DNA of 64,000 nt from an uncultured delta proteobacterium (GTDB lineage Bacteria > Myxococcota > Myxococcia > Myxococcales > Anaeromyxobacteraceae). The position numbers and the translations under genes were made by a program. Location of the stretch: the NCBI GenBank assembly GCA_963828255.1, contig CAWHDZ010000010.1, positions 1 through 64,000 of the forward strand, written 5' to 3'. The first letter of the stretch is position 1. The number at the start of each line of letters is the position of its first letter. Positions 49,168 through 61,887 of this stretch are shown in pieces. The notes beneath the pieces were generated by a model. The model was given only the letters and a program-made list of their open reading frames with translations, was not told the DNA's origin and made no database searches.

Positions 49168-49293
49168 CGAGGGAAGCTCCTGTTTGCGTTGGGATAGAAC
49201 TGCCGCTTCCGGTGAACGCCCGATGAGGCGCGGACCTTCCCGGACAGCCGCGGGAAAAAACCACGAAACCGGCCGGGGATCAAGAGGTTGCGG

Positions 49294-52200
49294 TCATCCC
49301 GGCTGCGCGCAGGCGGAAAGTCCGGCGAGGACGCGGCGGGCCTCGGCGAGGAGTTCGCGCCCGCGGGTCGCCTCCGCCGCGGGGGAGGCCGGGGGGGGCG
49401 GGGCAGGAGGGGACGAAGATGGCGTTTTCACGCGCGATTTCGACGGGGACCGGACCGGCGTCGCCGACGCGGGCCTGGGGCCGACGGTGGCGACGAGCTT
49501 CATGTCCGGCGTCAGGCGGAGCATGCCCCCGCTCTTCTGGACGTGCTTCGCGAGCGCGAAGGGATCGAGCAACGCGTCGGGCCCGAGCGCGAAGACCAGC
49601 CGCCCCGGCCCGGCGTCGAGGCCGCGGATCCGCAGGGCGCGGAGCCGTACCTTCACCGCCATGAGCTCGAAGAGGGCGTCGAGCTCGTCGGGGGTGTCGC
49701 CGTAGCGGTCGACGATCTCGGCGCGCGCCTCCTCGAGCTCCTCGTCGGAGGAGGCCTGGGCGAGCCGCTTGTAGAAGTAGAGCCGCTGGTGCACGTCGGG
49801 CATGTAGCCGTCGGGGATGAAGGCCGGCACCGGGAGCTGGACGTCGGGGTCCATGTCCGGGCGCGGCGCCTCGCCGCGAAGCTCCCGCACCGCCTCGGCC
49901 ATGAGCTCGGAGTAGAGGTCGAACCCGACCGCCTCGATCTGCCCGGACTGGTCCTTGCCGAGCAGGTTCCCGGCGCCGCGGATCTCGAGGTCGTGGCTGG
50001 CGATGGCGAACCCGCTGCCGAGGTCGGTGAAGCGCTGGAGCGCCTCGAGCCGGAGGCGCGCGTCCTTCGTCACCGGGCGGCGCGCCGGCACGAAGAGGTA
50101 GGCGTAGGCCCGCTCCCGGCTGCGGCCGACGCGGCCCCGGATCTGGTAGAGCTGCGCCAGGCCGAAGTGATCGGCGCGGTTCACGATGATGGTGTTCGCG
50201 GTGGGGATGTCGAGGCCGCTCTCGATGATCGAGGTGGCGAGCAGCACGTCGAACTCCCGGGACACGAAGCGGCTCATCACCTCCTCGAGCTTCCCCTCGC
50301 CCATCTGGCCGTGGGCGACGCGCGATGCGGGCCCCGGGCACGAGCTCGCGCAGGAACTTCTCCATCGAGTGGATGGAGCGCACGCGGTTGTGGACGAAGT
50401 AGACCTGCCCGCCGCGCTTCAGCTCCTGCTCGATGGCTTCCTTGATCTGGACCGGATCGAACTTGGCGACGAAGGTGCGGATGGAGCGCCGGTCCTCCGG
50501 CGGGGTGGCGATGATCGACATGTCCCGCACGCCGGCCAGGCTCATGTGCAGGGTGCGCGGGATGGGCGTGGCGGTCAGCGTGAGGACGTCCACCAGCTTG
50601 CGGAGCTTCTTGAGCCGCTCCTTGTGGGCCACGCCGAAGCGCTGCTCCTCGTCGACCACCACGAGCCCCAGGTCGCGGAAGGAGACGTCGGTGGCGAGCA
50701 GCCGGTGGGTTCCCACGAGCACGTCGACCTTCCCCGCCGCGGTCTCGGCGAGGACCTTGCGCACCTCCTCCGCCGTCCGCATCCGCGAGATGGCCTCGAC
50801 GCGGACCGGATAGCCGGAGAAGCGCTCGCGGAAGGTGCGCTCGTGCTGGGAGGCGAGCACGGTGGTGGGCACGAGCACCGCCACCTGCTTGCGGGAGAGC
50901 ACGGCCAGCATGGCCGCCCGCAGCGCCACCTCGGTCTTGCCGTAGCCCACGTCCCCGCAGACCAGGCGATCCATGGGCGCCCGCGGCTCCGGCGTGCCGC
51001 CCTGCCCCTCGGCGCGCCCCTTCGTCATGTCGGCGATGACGTCGGTGATGGCCTTCGCCTGGTCGGGCGTCTCCTCGTAGGGGAACTCGGCCTCGAACTC
51101 CCGGAAGATCTCGTCGGGGGCGGCGAAGGCGAAGCCGTGGTGGGCGGCGCGCGCGGCGTAGATGTCGAGCAGCTCGGCGGCCATCTTGAGCAGCTGCTCC
51201 TTCACCCGCGCCTTGCGCAGCGCGAAGGAGCTGCCGCCCAGCCGGTCGAGCCGGATGGCGTCGGGGGAGGCCCCGGTGAACTTCTGCACCTGGCGGAGCT
51301 TCGCGACCGGGAGGTAGAGCCGGTCGGCCCCCTCGTAGTGGAGCACGAGGAAGTCGCCCTCGACCCCGCGGATCTGCATCTTGGTGAGCCCGCCGTAGCG
51401 GGCGATGCCGTGCTCCACGTGGACCACGAGGTCGCCCTCGTTCAGGTCCCGGAAGCCGGCCACCATGGCGTTCTCGATCCGGGCGGTGCGCGCGCGCTTG
51501 CGCACGCGCCTTCCCAGGATCTCCTCGTCGGCGACCAGCGCCACCCCGCCCTCGAGGTCCACGAAGCCGCGGGAGAGGTCGCCGGGCACGAGATGGACGT
51601 GGATGGCCGGGTCCCACAGTCCGCGCAGGTCGCCCGGAGGGGCGGCGTGGATCCGCACCGACAGCCGGCGATCCTCGAGCAGGCGCCGCAGCCGGTCCGC
51701 CGAGGAGGGGGAGTGGGTGGCGACCACCGCGGCCACCCCGCGGGCGCGCCATTCCTGGAGCCGGCGCACCAGCGGCGCGAGCGCGCCCTCGTCGCCGTGC
51801 GCGGCCTCGATCTCCCCGCGGATGGCGGCGGTGTCCCCGAGCGCGAAGCGGATGGGCTGGGCCATCCCCAGGAAGACCCGGTGGCTGCGCAGGGCCGGCA
51901 GCGGACGCAGGAGGTCCGCCACCTCGCCGGCGCGGAGGAAGTGGGCCGCCGGCGGCAGCGCCAGCTCGTCCCGGCGCAGCGCGGCGGCGTGCTCCCGTTC
52001 CAGCTCGGCGTCGAGGTCGGAAAGGGCCCGGTCCACGCCGTCCGGATCGTCGACGAGGAGCGCGACCTTTCCGGGCAGGTAGGGGAGCAGGGAGGTGAGC
52101 CCCCCGTCGTGGAAGCCGGGGAGGAGCGCCTCCATGCCGAAGAAGGGGGTGCCCGACTCGATGGCGTCGATGACCTCGCGCACCTTGGAGGTGGGGCGGG

Positions 52201-52957
52201 CCACCTGCTCGGCCAGCGCGCGCACCGCCCGCACGGCGGCCGCCTTTCCACTTACAGTGAACGGAGCCTCCCGGGCCGGCACCACCACCAGCTCCTCGAC
52301 GTCGCCGAGCGATCGCTGGGTCCCGGGCTCGAAGGCCCGCGCGCTCTCCACCTCGTCGCCGAAGAGCTCGAGCCGGACCGGCCGGTCGTGGAACGGGCTC
52401 CAGACGTCGACCACCGCGCCCCGCACCGCGAACGTCCCGGGATCCTCGACCAGCGGCACCCGCGCGTACCCGAGCTCGACGAGGCGCCGGGCGAGCAGGT
52501 CCCGGTCCACCGTGAGCCCCTTGCCGAGGAGCTCCAGGCTCCCCCCCAGCTCGGCGCGGGGGACGTGGCGTCGCGCCAGCGCGCGCGCCGACACCACCAC
52601 CGCCCGGACGTCCGGGCCGGAGAGGTGGAGCCGGGAGAGCGCCGCCAGCCGGTCCATCTCCAGGCCGCGATCGGGGGAGAGGTCGTCGTAGGGGAGCACG
52701 GGATCGGCCGGGACCCGCACCACCGCCGGGGCGCCCGCTCCCTCCCCGCCGAGGAAGAAGGCGAGATCCCGGGCGAGCAGATCGGCCTCCTCCTCGTCGA
52801 CGGCGACGGCGAGGAGCACGCGCTGCCCCCCACCGGGTCCGAGGAGCCGCAGCGCCGCGAGGCCACGGGCCGCGCCGGAGAGGCCGACCACGTCGGCGCC
52901 GCCGGCGGCCACGGCGTCGGCGACGGCGCGCCAGGGAGCGGGTGCGTTCTCGGACAC
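49294..52957 (-). CDS. mfd: transcription-repair coupling factor (frameshift near 50325)
   Basis: [64 protein letters not shown]. Confidence 0.96.
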
Positions 52958-53070
52958 GGCGGTCCGGTCCTTAACACGGGATCGCCGCGGGAGTGCCCCT
53001 CCGACTCCGTCGGTTGATCCCTGGAGGGGGGGTGGCTACACTCCCCCCGTCCCCCGAGGTGTCGAGGTCC

Positions 53071-53766
53071 ATGCACAGCTCCCGTTCCGTCCGGTTCCTC
53101 CTGCTTCCGGCGCTGGCCCTCGTCGCGGCCTGCGGCGGCCAGGACGCGTCCGTGCGGACCGGTGGGGTCCCGGTGGTCGGCCTGCTCGTCCTCTCCTCCG
53201 GCCCGGGCACCGCCGAGATCCGCGCGGGCCAGCTCGTCGCGGCGCGGGGCGGGTTCGAGTCGGTGGTGCGCGGCAACCCGGAACGGATGGACGCGCTGAA
53301 CGACCTCGCGGTCGCCTACCACCTGGAGGGGCACTCCGAGGCGGCGCGGCAGCTGCTCGACGAGGTGGTGGCGCGCGGCACGCCGCGGGAGCAGCAGGCG
53401 GCGCTCGTGAACCTGGCCGACATCTACTCCGGCGAGGGGTTCCTGCAGGCGGCGCAGGCCCACCTCGACGCCGCCCACGAGATCGACACGGGGCGCGCCG
53501 AGCCGGCCTGGGCGCTGGCGCTTCTCGCCGACGCGCGCGGCGACGTGGACGCGCCGCGGCTGGCGGCCGAGGCCCTGCGGCTCGACGCCGACGGGAGCGC
53601 GCGCCGCTTCCTGGTCTTCGACTCCCCCGAGGGGCGAGCCCATTTCGAGGCGCTCGCCGCCGAGGCGAACGGCGATCGCGCGGTCGCCCAGGGACGATGG
53701 CGCGAGCTCCGGGCCGGACGCGTCCCGTCCCTCGTCCAGCTGGCCCAGCGCCACCTCGGGGAATAG
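53071..53766 (+). CDS. TPR lipoprotein
   Basis: Lipobox [13 protein letters not shown] and [12 protein letters not shown]-like helices. Confidence 0.75.
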   Translation: MHSSRSVRFLLLPALALVAACGGQDASVRTGGVPVVGLLVLSSGPGTAEIRAGQLVAARGGFESVVRGNPERMDALNDLAVAYHLEGHSEAARQLLDEVVARGTPREQQAALVNLADIYSGEGFLQAAQAHLDAAHEIDTGRAEPAWALALLADARGDVDAPRLAAEALRLDADGSARRFLVFDSPEGRAHFEALAAEANGDRAVAQGRWRELRAGRVPSLVQLAQRHLGE

Positions 53767-54819
53767 TGGCCGCCCCCGAGCACGAGCTGTCCCGGCGGGA
53801 GCGGGAGATCCTCCGCGCCATCATCCAGGAGCACATCCACACCGGCGAGCCGGTGGCGAGCCAGACGCTGCTGCGCACCCGCCACGACCTCGAGGTCTCG
53901 CCCGCCACCGTCCGCAGCGTGATGGCCGACCTCGAGGAGCTCGGCCTGCTCGAGAAGCCGCACACCTCGGCCGGCCGGGTCCCCACCTCGGCCGGGTACC
54001 GGCTCTTCGTCGACCTGCTCGTCAAGGTTCGCCCGCCCTCGCCCGCCGACCGGGAGCGGATCGAGCAGGTGACGCTGGGGACGCCCGCGGTGGAGAGCCT
54101 GCTCGGGCCGCACCGCCGAGCTGCTTCACTCGTTGTCACAGCACGTGGGGGTGGTCTCGACCCCGCCGCCGCGGTCCGACCCCACCCGCCACGTCGAGTT
54201 CGTGCGCCTGCGCGAGAACCGGGTGCTGGTGGTGTTCGTCTCGCAGGCCGGGCTCGTCACCAACAAGCTGGTGCAGCTCGACGCCCCGTACACCTCCTCC
54301 GAGCTGGAGCGGGCCGCCGCCTACCTGTCCGGAAAGCTCCAGACCACCGGCATCGAGGGGCTGCGCGAGGCCATCGTGGAGGAGATGCGGGCCGACGAGA
54401 CCGCGCTCCGCGACCTGATGGAGATGGCGCTCCGCCTGGCGGAGCAGGCCCTCCCGGTCCCCGGCAGCGAGCGGGTGCTCGTCGACGGCGAGGCCACCTT
54501 CCTCGACGCCCCCGAGTTCGCCGACATGGGGAAGGCCCGGGCGCTCCTGCGCACCTTCGCCGAGAAGGACCGCATCCTGAAGGTGCTCGATCGGGTGCTC
54601 CAGGCCCGCGAGATGCAGATCTTCATCGGTGCGGAGAGCGACCTCGCCGCCACCTCCGACGTCTCGGTGGTCGCGGCGCCCTACGTCCGCGACGGGCGGG
54701 TCCTGGGCGCCCTCGCGGTCATCGGCCCGACCCGCATGGACTACGGCCGGGTCATCCCGCTCGTCGATCTCACCGCCCGGGAGATCTCGCGGGCGCTGTC
54801 CGACTCCGACCGGCACTGA
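53766..54819 (+). CDS. hrcA: heat-inducible transcription repressor (frameshift near 54110)
   Basis: [48 protein letters not shown]. Confidence 0.95.
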
Positions 54820-54940
54820 TCCCAGGTACTACCTTTCCCCAGGCGTCCCGAGGACTTGGGAGGGGTCTTTCTTGCCGCGGGCCGGATCCGTGTGCCATAT
54901 TCGGACGCTCGGTCCCCTGCCAGGGGCCGCGAACCCGACC

Positions 54941-55568
54941 ATGCCCGGAACCGGAGAAAAAGGGAGCTTTGCCGCGGATATCCCCGCCTCGGTGCTCGAG
55001 GAGGCGCTGAAGAGCGTCGCCCGTCACGAGGGGGATCCCCCGGCTGCACCCGGCGAAGATCCCGGCCGTGGTGGTCGACGCCCCCGGCCCCGACGCGGCC
55101 GCCGAGGTGACGCGGCTCGAGGGCGAACTCGCCGCCGAGCACGACCGGCTGCTCCGCACCGCGGCCGACCTCGAGAACTTCCGGAAGCGCGTGGCGCGGG
55201 AGCGCGAGGAGGCGGCCCGTTACGCGGCCGGCCCCGTCGTGAAGGACCTGCTTCCGGCCGTCGACAACCTGGAGCGGGCGCTTGCCGCCGCTCCTCCGGG
55301 AGATCCGCTCGCCGATGGCGTGCGGATGGTGCTGCGGCAGGTGGAGGAGGCGCTCGCCCGGCACGGTGTCGAGCCGCGGAGCGCGCTCGGCGAGGTCTTC
55401 GATCCGGCGATGCACGAGGCCCTCGCCACGGTGCCGTCGCCCGGGTCGATCGCGGGAACGGTGGTGGCCCAGCACGGTCGCGCCTGGATGCACGCCGGCC
55501 GGCTGCTGCGCCCGGCCATGGTGGCGGTGGCGGCTCCCGAGCCGCCGGCCGAGGGATCGGGAGGGTAG
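54941..55568 (+). CDS. grpE: nucleotide exchange factor GrpE (frameshift near 55060)
   Basis: [37 protein letters not shown]. Confidence 0.93.
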
Positions 55569-55572
55569 GGGA

Positions 55573-57405
<1,833 letters not shown>

Positions 57406-57476
57406 GGACGGAGAGGACGGATCCCGCGCCCTTCCCTTGCCCCCGCGTTTCGCGGCATTAGGTTCGCCCCGCACCG

Positions 57477-58589
57477 ATGAGTTCCGAGAAGAGAGACTTC
57501 TACGAGGTCCTGGGCGTGTCCCGGACCGCCTCCGGGGAGGAGATCCGGACCGCGTTCAAGCGGCTCGCGATGGAGTTCCACCCCGACCGCAACCCCGGGA
57601 ACCACGCGGCCGAGGAGCGGTTCAAGGAGGTCGCCGAGGCCTACGACGTCCTCTGCGACCCCGAGAAGCGGACCCGCTACGACCACTTCGGTCACGGGCA
57701 GCAGGGCTTCGACCCGTTCACCGGCTTCGGCGGCGCGGCCACCATCAACGACATCTTCGGGGAGATCTTCGGCGAGGTCTTCGGCGCCCACCGCCGCGGC
57801 CAGCGCCGCGCCCGCGGGGCCGACCTCCGCTACAACCTGGAGCTCGACCTCGAGCAGGCGGCCTTCGGCGCCACCTCGCGCATCGAGATCCAGCGCCCCA
57901 AGCGCTGCGAGACCTGCCACGGCAGCGGGGCCAAGCCCGGGACCCATCCGCGCCAGTGCGCCACCTGCGGCGGAACGGGCGAGATCCGGCTCCAGCAGGG
58001 GTTCTTCGCCATCTCCCGCACCTGCGGCCAGTGCCGCGGCGAGGGCAAGGTCATCACCGACCGCTGCGTCACCTGCGGCGGCGCCGGGGGCGTGGCCGAG
58101 AAGTCGGCCGTCGACGTGCGGGTCCCGCCCGGCGTGGACACCGGCACGCGCCTCAAGCTCCGGGGCGAGGGAGAGCCCGCTCCGTCTCCCTCGGGGGAGC
58201 CGGGCGACCTCTACGTCGTGATCCAGGTGCGCGACCACCCCATCTTCCAGCGCCAGGACACCGAGGTGGTCTGCGAGCTCCCCGTCTCGATCGCCCAGGC
58301 CGCGCTCGGGACGTCGGTCGACGTGCCCACGCTCGACGGCCCCCACAAGCTCAAGATCCCGGCCGGAACCCAGCCCGGCAAGACGTTCCGGCTGAAGGGG
58401 CGGGGCATTGCACCCCTCGGGGGCGGCTCGCGCGGGGACCAGCACGTGCGCGTCCAGGTGGAGATCCCCACCAAGCTCACGAAGGAGCAGCGGGAACTGC
58501 TCGAGAGGTTCGCCGCCCTGTCCGGGGAGGAGACCAACCCGGCCCAGAGCCGCTTCTGGAGCAAGGTGTCCGAGATCCTCGGCAAGTAG
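57477..58589 (+). CDS. dnaJ: molecular chaperone DnaJ
   Basis: J domain HPD; four CxxCxGxG repeats. Confidence 0.97.
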   Translation: MSSEKRDFYEVLGVSRTASGEEIRTAFKRLAMEFHPDRNPGNHAAEERFKEVAEAYDVLCDPEKRTRYDHFGHGQQGFDPFTGFGGAATINDIFGEIFGEVFGAHRRGQRRARGADLRYNLELDLEQAAFGATSRIEIQRPKRCETCHGSGAKPGTHPRQCATCGGTGEIRLQQGFFAISRTCGQCRGEGKVITDRCVTCGGAGGVAEKSAVDVRVPPGVDTGTRLKLRGEGEPAPSPSGEPGDLYVVIQVRDHPIFQRQDTEVVCELPVSIAQAALGTSVDVPTLDGPHKLKIPAGTQPGKTFRLKGRGIAPLGGGSRGDQHVRVQVEIPTKLTKEQRELLERFAALSGEETNPAQSRFWSKVSEILGK

Positions 58590-58605
58590 TAGAACACCGG
58601 TATCC

Positions 58606-60546
58606 ATGCGCCTTTCCCTTCCGTCCGCACTCGCCGTGCTCCTCGCGACGGCCTGCGCGACGTCGCGTCCCCCGCCGCCCCCGCCGCTGCCCGGTGGGCT
58701 GGCCCCGGCCCCGGTCGCCACCATGCCGTCGGCGGCCGCCGCCTCGGAGCTCTCGCGGCTGCGCGCCGCGCCGCCTTCCACTCCCCCGGCGAAGAGCGCC
58801 GAGGCCTTCGAGAAGCTGGCAAGGACCTGGCCCACCGCCGCCGAGGCCCCCGAGGCGCTCGACGAGGCGGCCCGCGCCTGGCTGCGCGCGAAGCAGCCGT
58901 CCCGCGCCGCCGCCACCTGGGCCGAGTTGCTCTCCCGCTACCCGCTCTCGCCGCGCGCCGGCGAGGCGCGCATCCGCTACGGGCTCGCCGAGGTCGAGGC
59001 GGGCCGCCCCGGCCAGGGGATCCCCACCCTGCGCTCGCTCTGGCAGCAGGCCCCGCCGGACAAGCGGGGCAACCTGGCGCTCCGGGTCGCCGACGCCGCC
59101 GAGGCCGCCGGGAACTGGCCGCTCGCGGCCCGCTGGCGGACCGACGCCATCCCCGACCTCCCCCGGGCCGAGCAGCCGCGGGAGACGGCCCGGGTCCTGG
59201 AGATCGTCAACACCCGGCTCTCCCCCCAGGAGGTCGAGGTGCTCGCCGCCGAGCTTCCCAGGGACGGCGTCATCGGCGCGGCGCTCGCCGCCCGGTCCGC
59301 GAGCCGGACGAAGGCGGTGGCGGGCAAGGTGGGCGTGGCGGTCCCGCTGACCGGCAAGTTCAAGGCCTGGGGGGAGGCCATCCTCCAGGGCGTGGCGCTC
59401 GCCATCCCGGAGGGCGGCCCGATCCAGGTGGTCGCCAAGGACACCCGCGGGGAGCCCGACGGCGCCGCCGAGGCGGTGTCCCAGCTCGCCGCGGAGGGCG
59501 CGGTGGCCATCGTGGGCGGAGTCACGAACGCCGAGGCGCAGCGCGCCGCCGCCGCCGCCCAGCAGGAAGGGGTCCCGCTCCTCTCCCTCTCCAAGGTCGA
59601 GGGGATCACCGAGGGGCGCCCCTACGTGTTCCGGCTCATGCTCACCGCCCGGGCGCAGGCCCAGGCGCTGGCCGACCTGGCGGTGCAACGGCGCGGGCTC
59701 CGGCAGGCGGTGATCCTCTTCCCCGAGATCCCCTACGGCACCGAGCTCAAGGCGGCCTTCGGAGCCGAGGTCGAGAGCCGCGGGGGGGCGGTGACGCGCA
59801 CCGTCGGCTACGAGGCCGACCGGACCAACTTTGCACCCTTGGTGAAGGAGCTGGTCGGGCGCGCGCAGGTGGAGCGCCGGGCCGACTGGCGGGAGATCCA
59901 GCGGAACGTCGCGAAGGAGATCCAGGATCCCTACCGGCGCGCCAAGGCGCTCGAGAAGGCGCGCAAGGAGCTCGCCCCCATCGTCGAGTTCGACCTGATC
60001 TTCGTCCCCGACTTCGCCCGCTCGGTCACGCTGCTCGCGCCGGCGCTGGCGGCCGAGGACGTGGTCACCGCCTGCGACCCGGCCGAGGTGGCCCGGATCC
60101 AGAAGGTCAGCCCCTGGGTGGTGAGGCCGGTGCTGCTGCTCGGCGGGAACGGCTGGGACGATCCGGCCATCGTCGAGAAGGCCGGCCGCTACGTCGAGTG
60201 CGCCATCTTCGTGGACGGCTTCTTCCCCGCCTCGGAGCGCCCGGCCACGAAGCGGTTCGTGGAGGCCTTCCAGACGGTCCACGCACGGGCCCCCTCCATC
60301 CTGGAGGCCTCGGCGCACGACGCCGCCGCCATGATCGGCGCGGCCATGGCGCAGGGCGCGTCGGGCCGCAAGGAGATGCGCGACGCCCTCGCCTCGCAGA
60401 AGCCCTTCCCCGGGGCCACCGGCGAGGTGTCGTTCGACGCCCGCGGCGAGCCGGTCCGGGAGCTCTTCTTCCTCACCGTGGACAAGGGCGCCATCCGGGA
60501 GATGCGGCCCGAGGAGCTCTCCGGCGCTCCCCGCACGGCGCCTTGA
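58606..60546 (+). CDS. LpoA-like penicillin-binding-protein activator / periplasmic binding lipoprotein
   Basis: Lipobox ATAC, TPR N-terminus, VGVAVPLTG periplasmic-binding fold, FPGATG.VSFD..G. Confidence 0.75.
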   Translation: MRLSLPSALAVLLATACATSRPPPPPPLPGGLAPAPVATMPSAAAASELSRLRAAPPSTPPAKSAEAFEKLARTWPTAAEAPEALDEAARAWLRAKQPSRAAATWAELLSRYPLSPRAGEARIRYGLAEVEAGRPGQGIPTLRSLWQQAPPDKRGNLALRVADAAEAAGNWPLAARWRTDAIPDLPRAEQPRETARVLEIVNTRLSPQEVEVLAAELPRDGVIGAALAARSASRTKAVAGKVGVAVPLTGKFKAWGEAILQGVALAIPEGGPIQVVAKDTRGEPDGAAEAVSQLAAEGAVAIVGGVTNAEAQRAAAAAQQEGVPLLSLSKVEGITEGRPYVFRLMLTARAQAQALADLAVQRRGLRQAVILFPEIPYGTELKAAFGAEVESRGGAVTRTVGYEADRTNFAPLVKELVGRAQVERRADWREIQRNVAKEIQDPYRRAKALEKARKELAPIVEFDLIFVPDFARSVTLLAPALAAEDVVTACDPAEVARIQKVSPWVVRPVLLLGGNGWDDPAIVEKAGRYVECAIFVDGFFPASERPATKRFVEAFQTVHARAPSILEASAHDAAAMIGAAMAQGASGRKEMRDALASQKPFPGATGEVSFDARGEPVRELFFLTVDKGAIREMRPEELSGAPRTAP

Positions 60547-60555
60547 ACCAGAAAC

Positions 60556-61503
60556 GTGGAAGCCGACACCGACATCGCGCCGGCCCGGCGCCGCCTGCCC
60601 TGGTGGAACGTCTCCCTGTTCCTGGCGACGGTGGCGACCACCGTGCTCTCCGGGGCGGCCTTCGCCGGCTGGTCGGGCGGAGGGATGGGCAGCCTGGTGC
60701 TGGCCGGGCTCTCCTACGCCACGGCCATCCTGGCCATCCTCTTCGCCCACGAGATGGGGCACTACCTGCTCGCCCGGGCCTGGCGGGTCGACACGACCCT
60801 GCCGTACTTCCTCCCCATCTACATCCCGGGATCGATGAACTTCGGGACCCTGGGCGCCCTCATCCGGCTGCGCTCCCCCATCCCGTCGCGCGACGCCGTG
60901 CTCGACATCGGCGCCGCCGGTCCGCTGGCCGGGGCGCTGGTGGCCGTGCCGCTCTACGCCTGGGGACTCGCCCATTCGAAGGTCCAGGCGGTGGGGGCGC
61001 TCGCCTCCTCGGGCACCGACTCGCTCTGGGGAATCCTCCAGGCCTGGATCCAGGGGGAGCCGCTCGCCGGCGGCGGGAGCGCCGTGGTCTTCGGCGACAG
61101 CCTGGTCACCGCGGGGGTGCAGTGGCTGGTCCTCGGGACGCTCCCGCCCGGACACGACGTGATCGTGCACCCGGTGGCGCTGGCGGCCTGGCTCGGCCTC
61201 TTCGTCACCACCCTGAACCTCATCCCGCTCGGGCAGCTCGACGGCGGGCACGTGACCTACGCCTGGCTGGGGGAGCGGCGCGCCCTGTGGCTCTCCCGCG
61301 GCGTGTCGGCGGCGCTGTTCCTGGCCGGGGTCTTCGTCTCCCTCAACTGGCTCGTCTGGTGGATCCTCACCCGGGTGGTCATCGGGCTTCGCCATCCACC
61401 GGCCGTGTACGATGCGCCCATCGGCCCCGGCCGTCGGGCCGTCGCCGTGCTGTCGCTCCTGCTCTTCGTCGCCACCTTCGTCCCCGTGCCCTTCCGCCTG
61501 TGA
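60556..61503 (+). CDS. site-2 protease (M50) family
   Basis: HEMGH, AGPLAG, NLIPLGQLDGGH. Confidence 0.92.
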   Translation: MEADTDIAPARRRLPWWNVSLFLATVATTVLSGAAFAGWSGGGMGSLVLAGLSYATAILAILFAHEMGHYLLARAWRVDTTLPYFLPIYIPGSMNFGTLGALIRLRSPIPSRDAVLDIGAAGPLAGALVAVPLYAWGLAHSKVQAVGALASSGTDSLWGILQAWIQGEPLAGGGSAVVFGDSLVTAGVQWLVLGTLPPGHDVIVHPVALAAWLGLFVTTLNLIPLGQLDGGHVTYAWLGERRALWLSRGVSAALFLAGVFVSLNWLVWWILTRVVIGLRHPPAVYDAPIGPGRRAVAVLSLLLFVATFVPVPFRL

Positions 61504-61887
61504 CCGCCGATCCCGCCCATCGACGCCCGCCCGGCCGATCCCGGAGAGGAGGAGGCCTGGACCGCGCTGCGCGGGCGCTGGGACGATCCCCGGGCCCACC
61601 GGGAGTTCCTCCTCCGCTTCGGCGACCTCGAGGCCCTGGCGCGGGCGGGCGCCCGCTACCGGGCGGTGCTCCAGGCCAGGCCCGACGACGCCATGGCCGC
61701 CGCCGGCCGCGACGAGGTGCTGCGCAAGGCCACCGTCCTGGGGCTCGCCGCCGTGCCGCGCACCGTCCCGCCCGCGCCCGTGTCACCCTGGGTGAAGCGT
61801 GCCCTGGTCGCGACCCTGGTCGTGCTGGGGATGGGGATCGCCGCCTGGGCGGTGCTCGCGCTCCTCCGCTCCGGCGCGGTGCGTTGA
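61500..61887 (+). CDS. small C-terminally anchored hypothetical protein (start uncertain)
   Basis: Protein-like frame EEEAW..L..RWDD..AHREF continues to a C-terminal TM and stop at 61887; no in-frame start upstream. Confidence 0.55.

Noticed and set aside
51411..51426. parS-like TGCTCCACGTGGACCA inside mfd
   Set aside because: Two mismatches, and explained by the conserved VHVEH codons.
52971..52999. Possible CIRCE upstream of the TPR-hrcA operon
   Set aside because: TTAACACGG...GAGTGCCCC has several mismatches and an 11-nt rather than 9-nt spacer.
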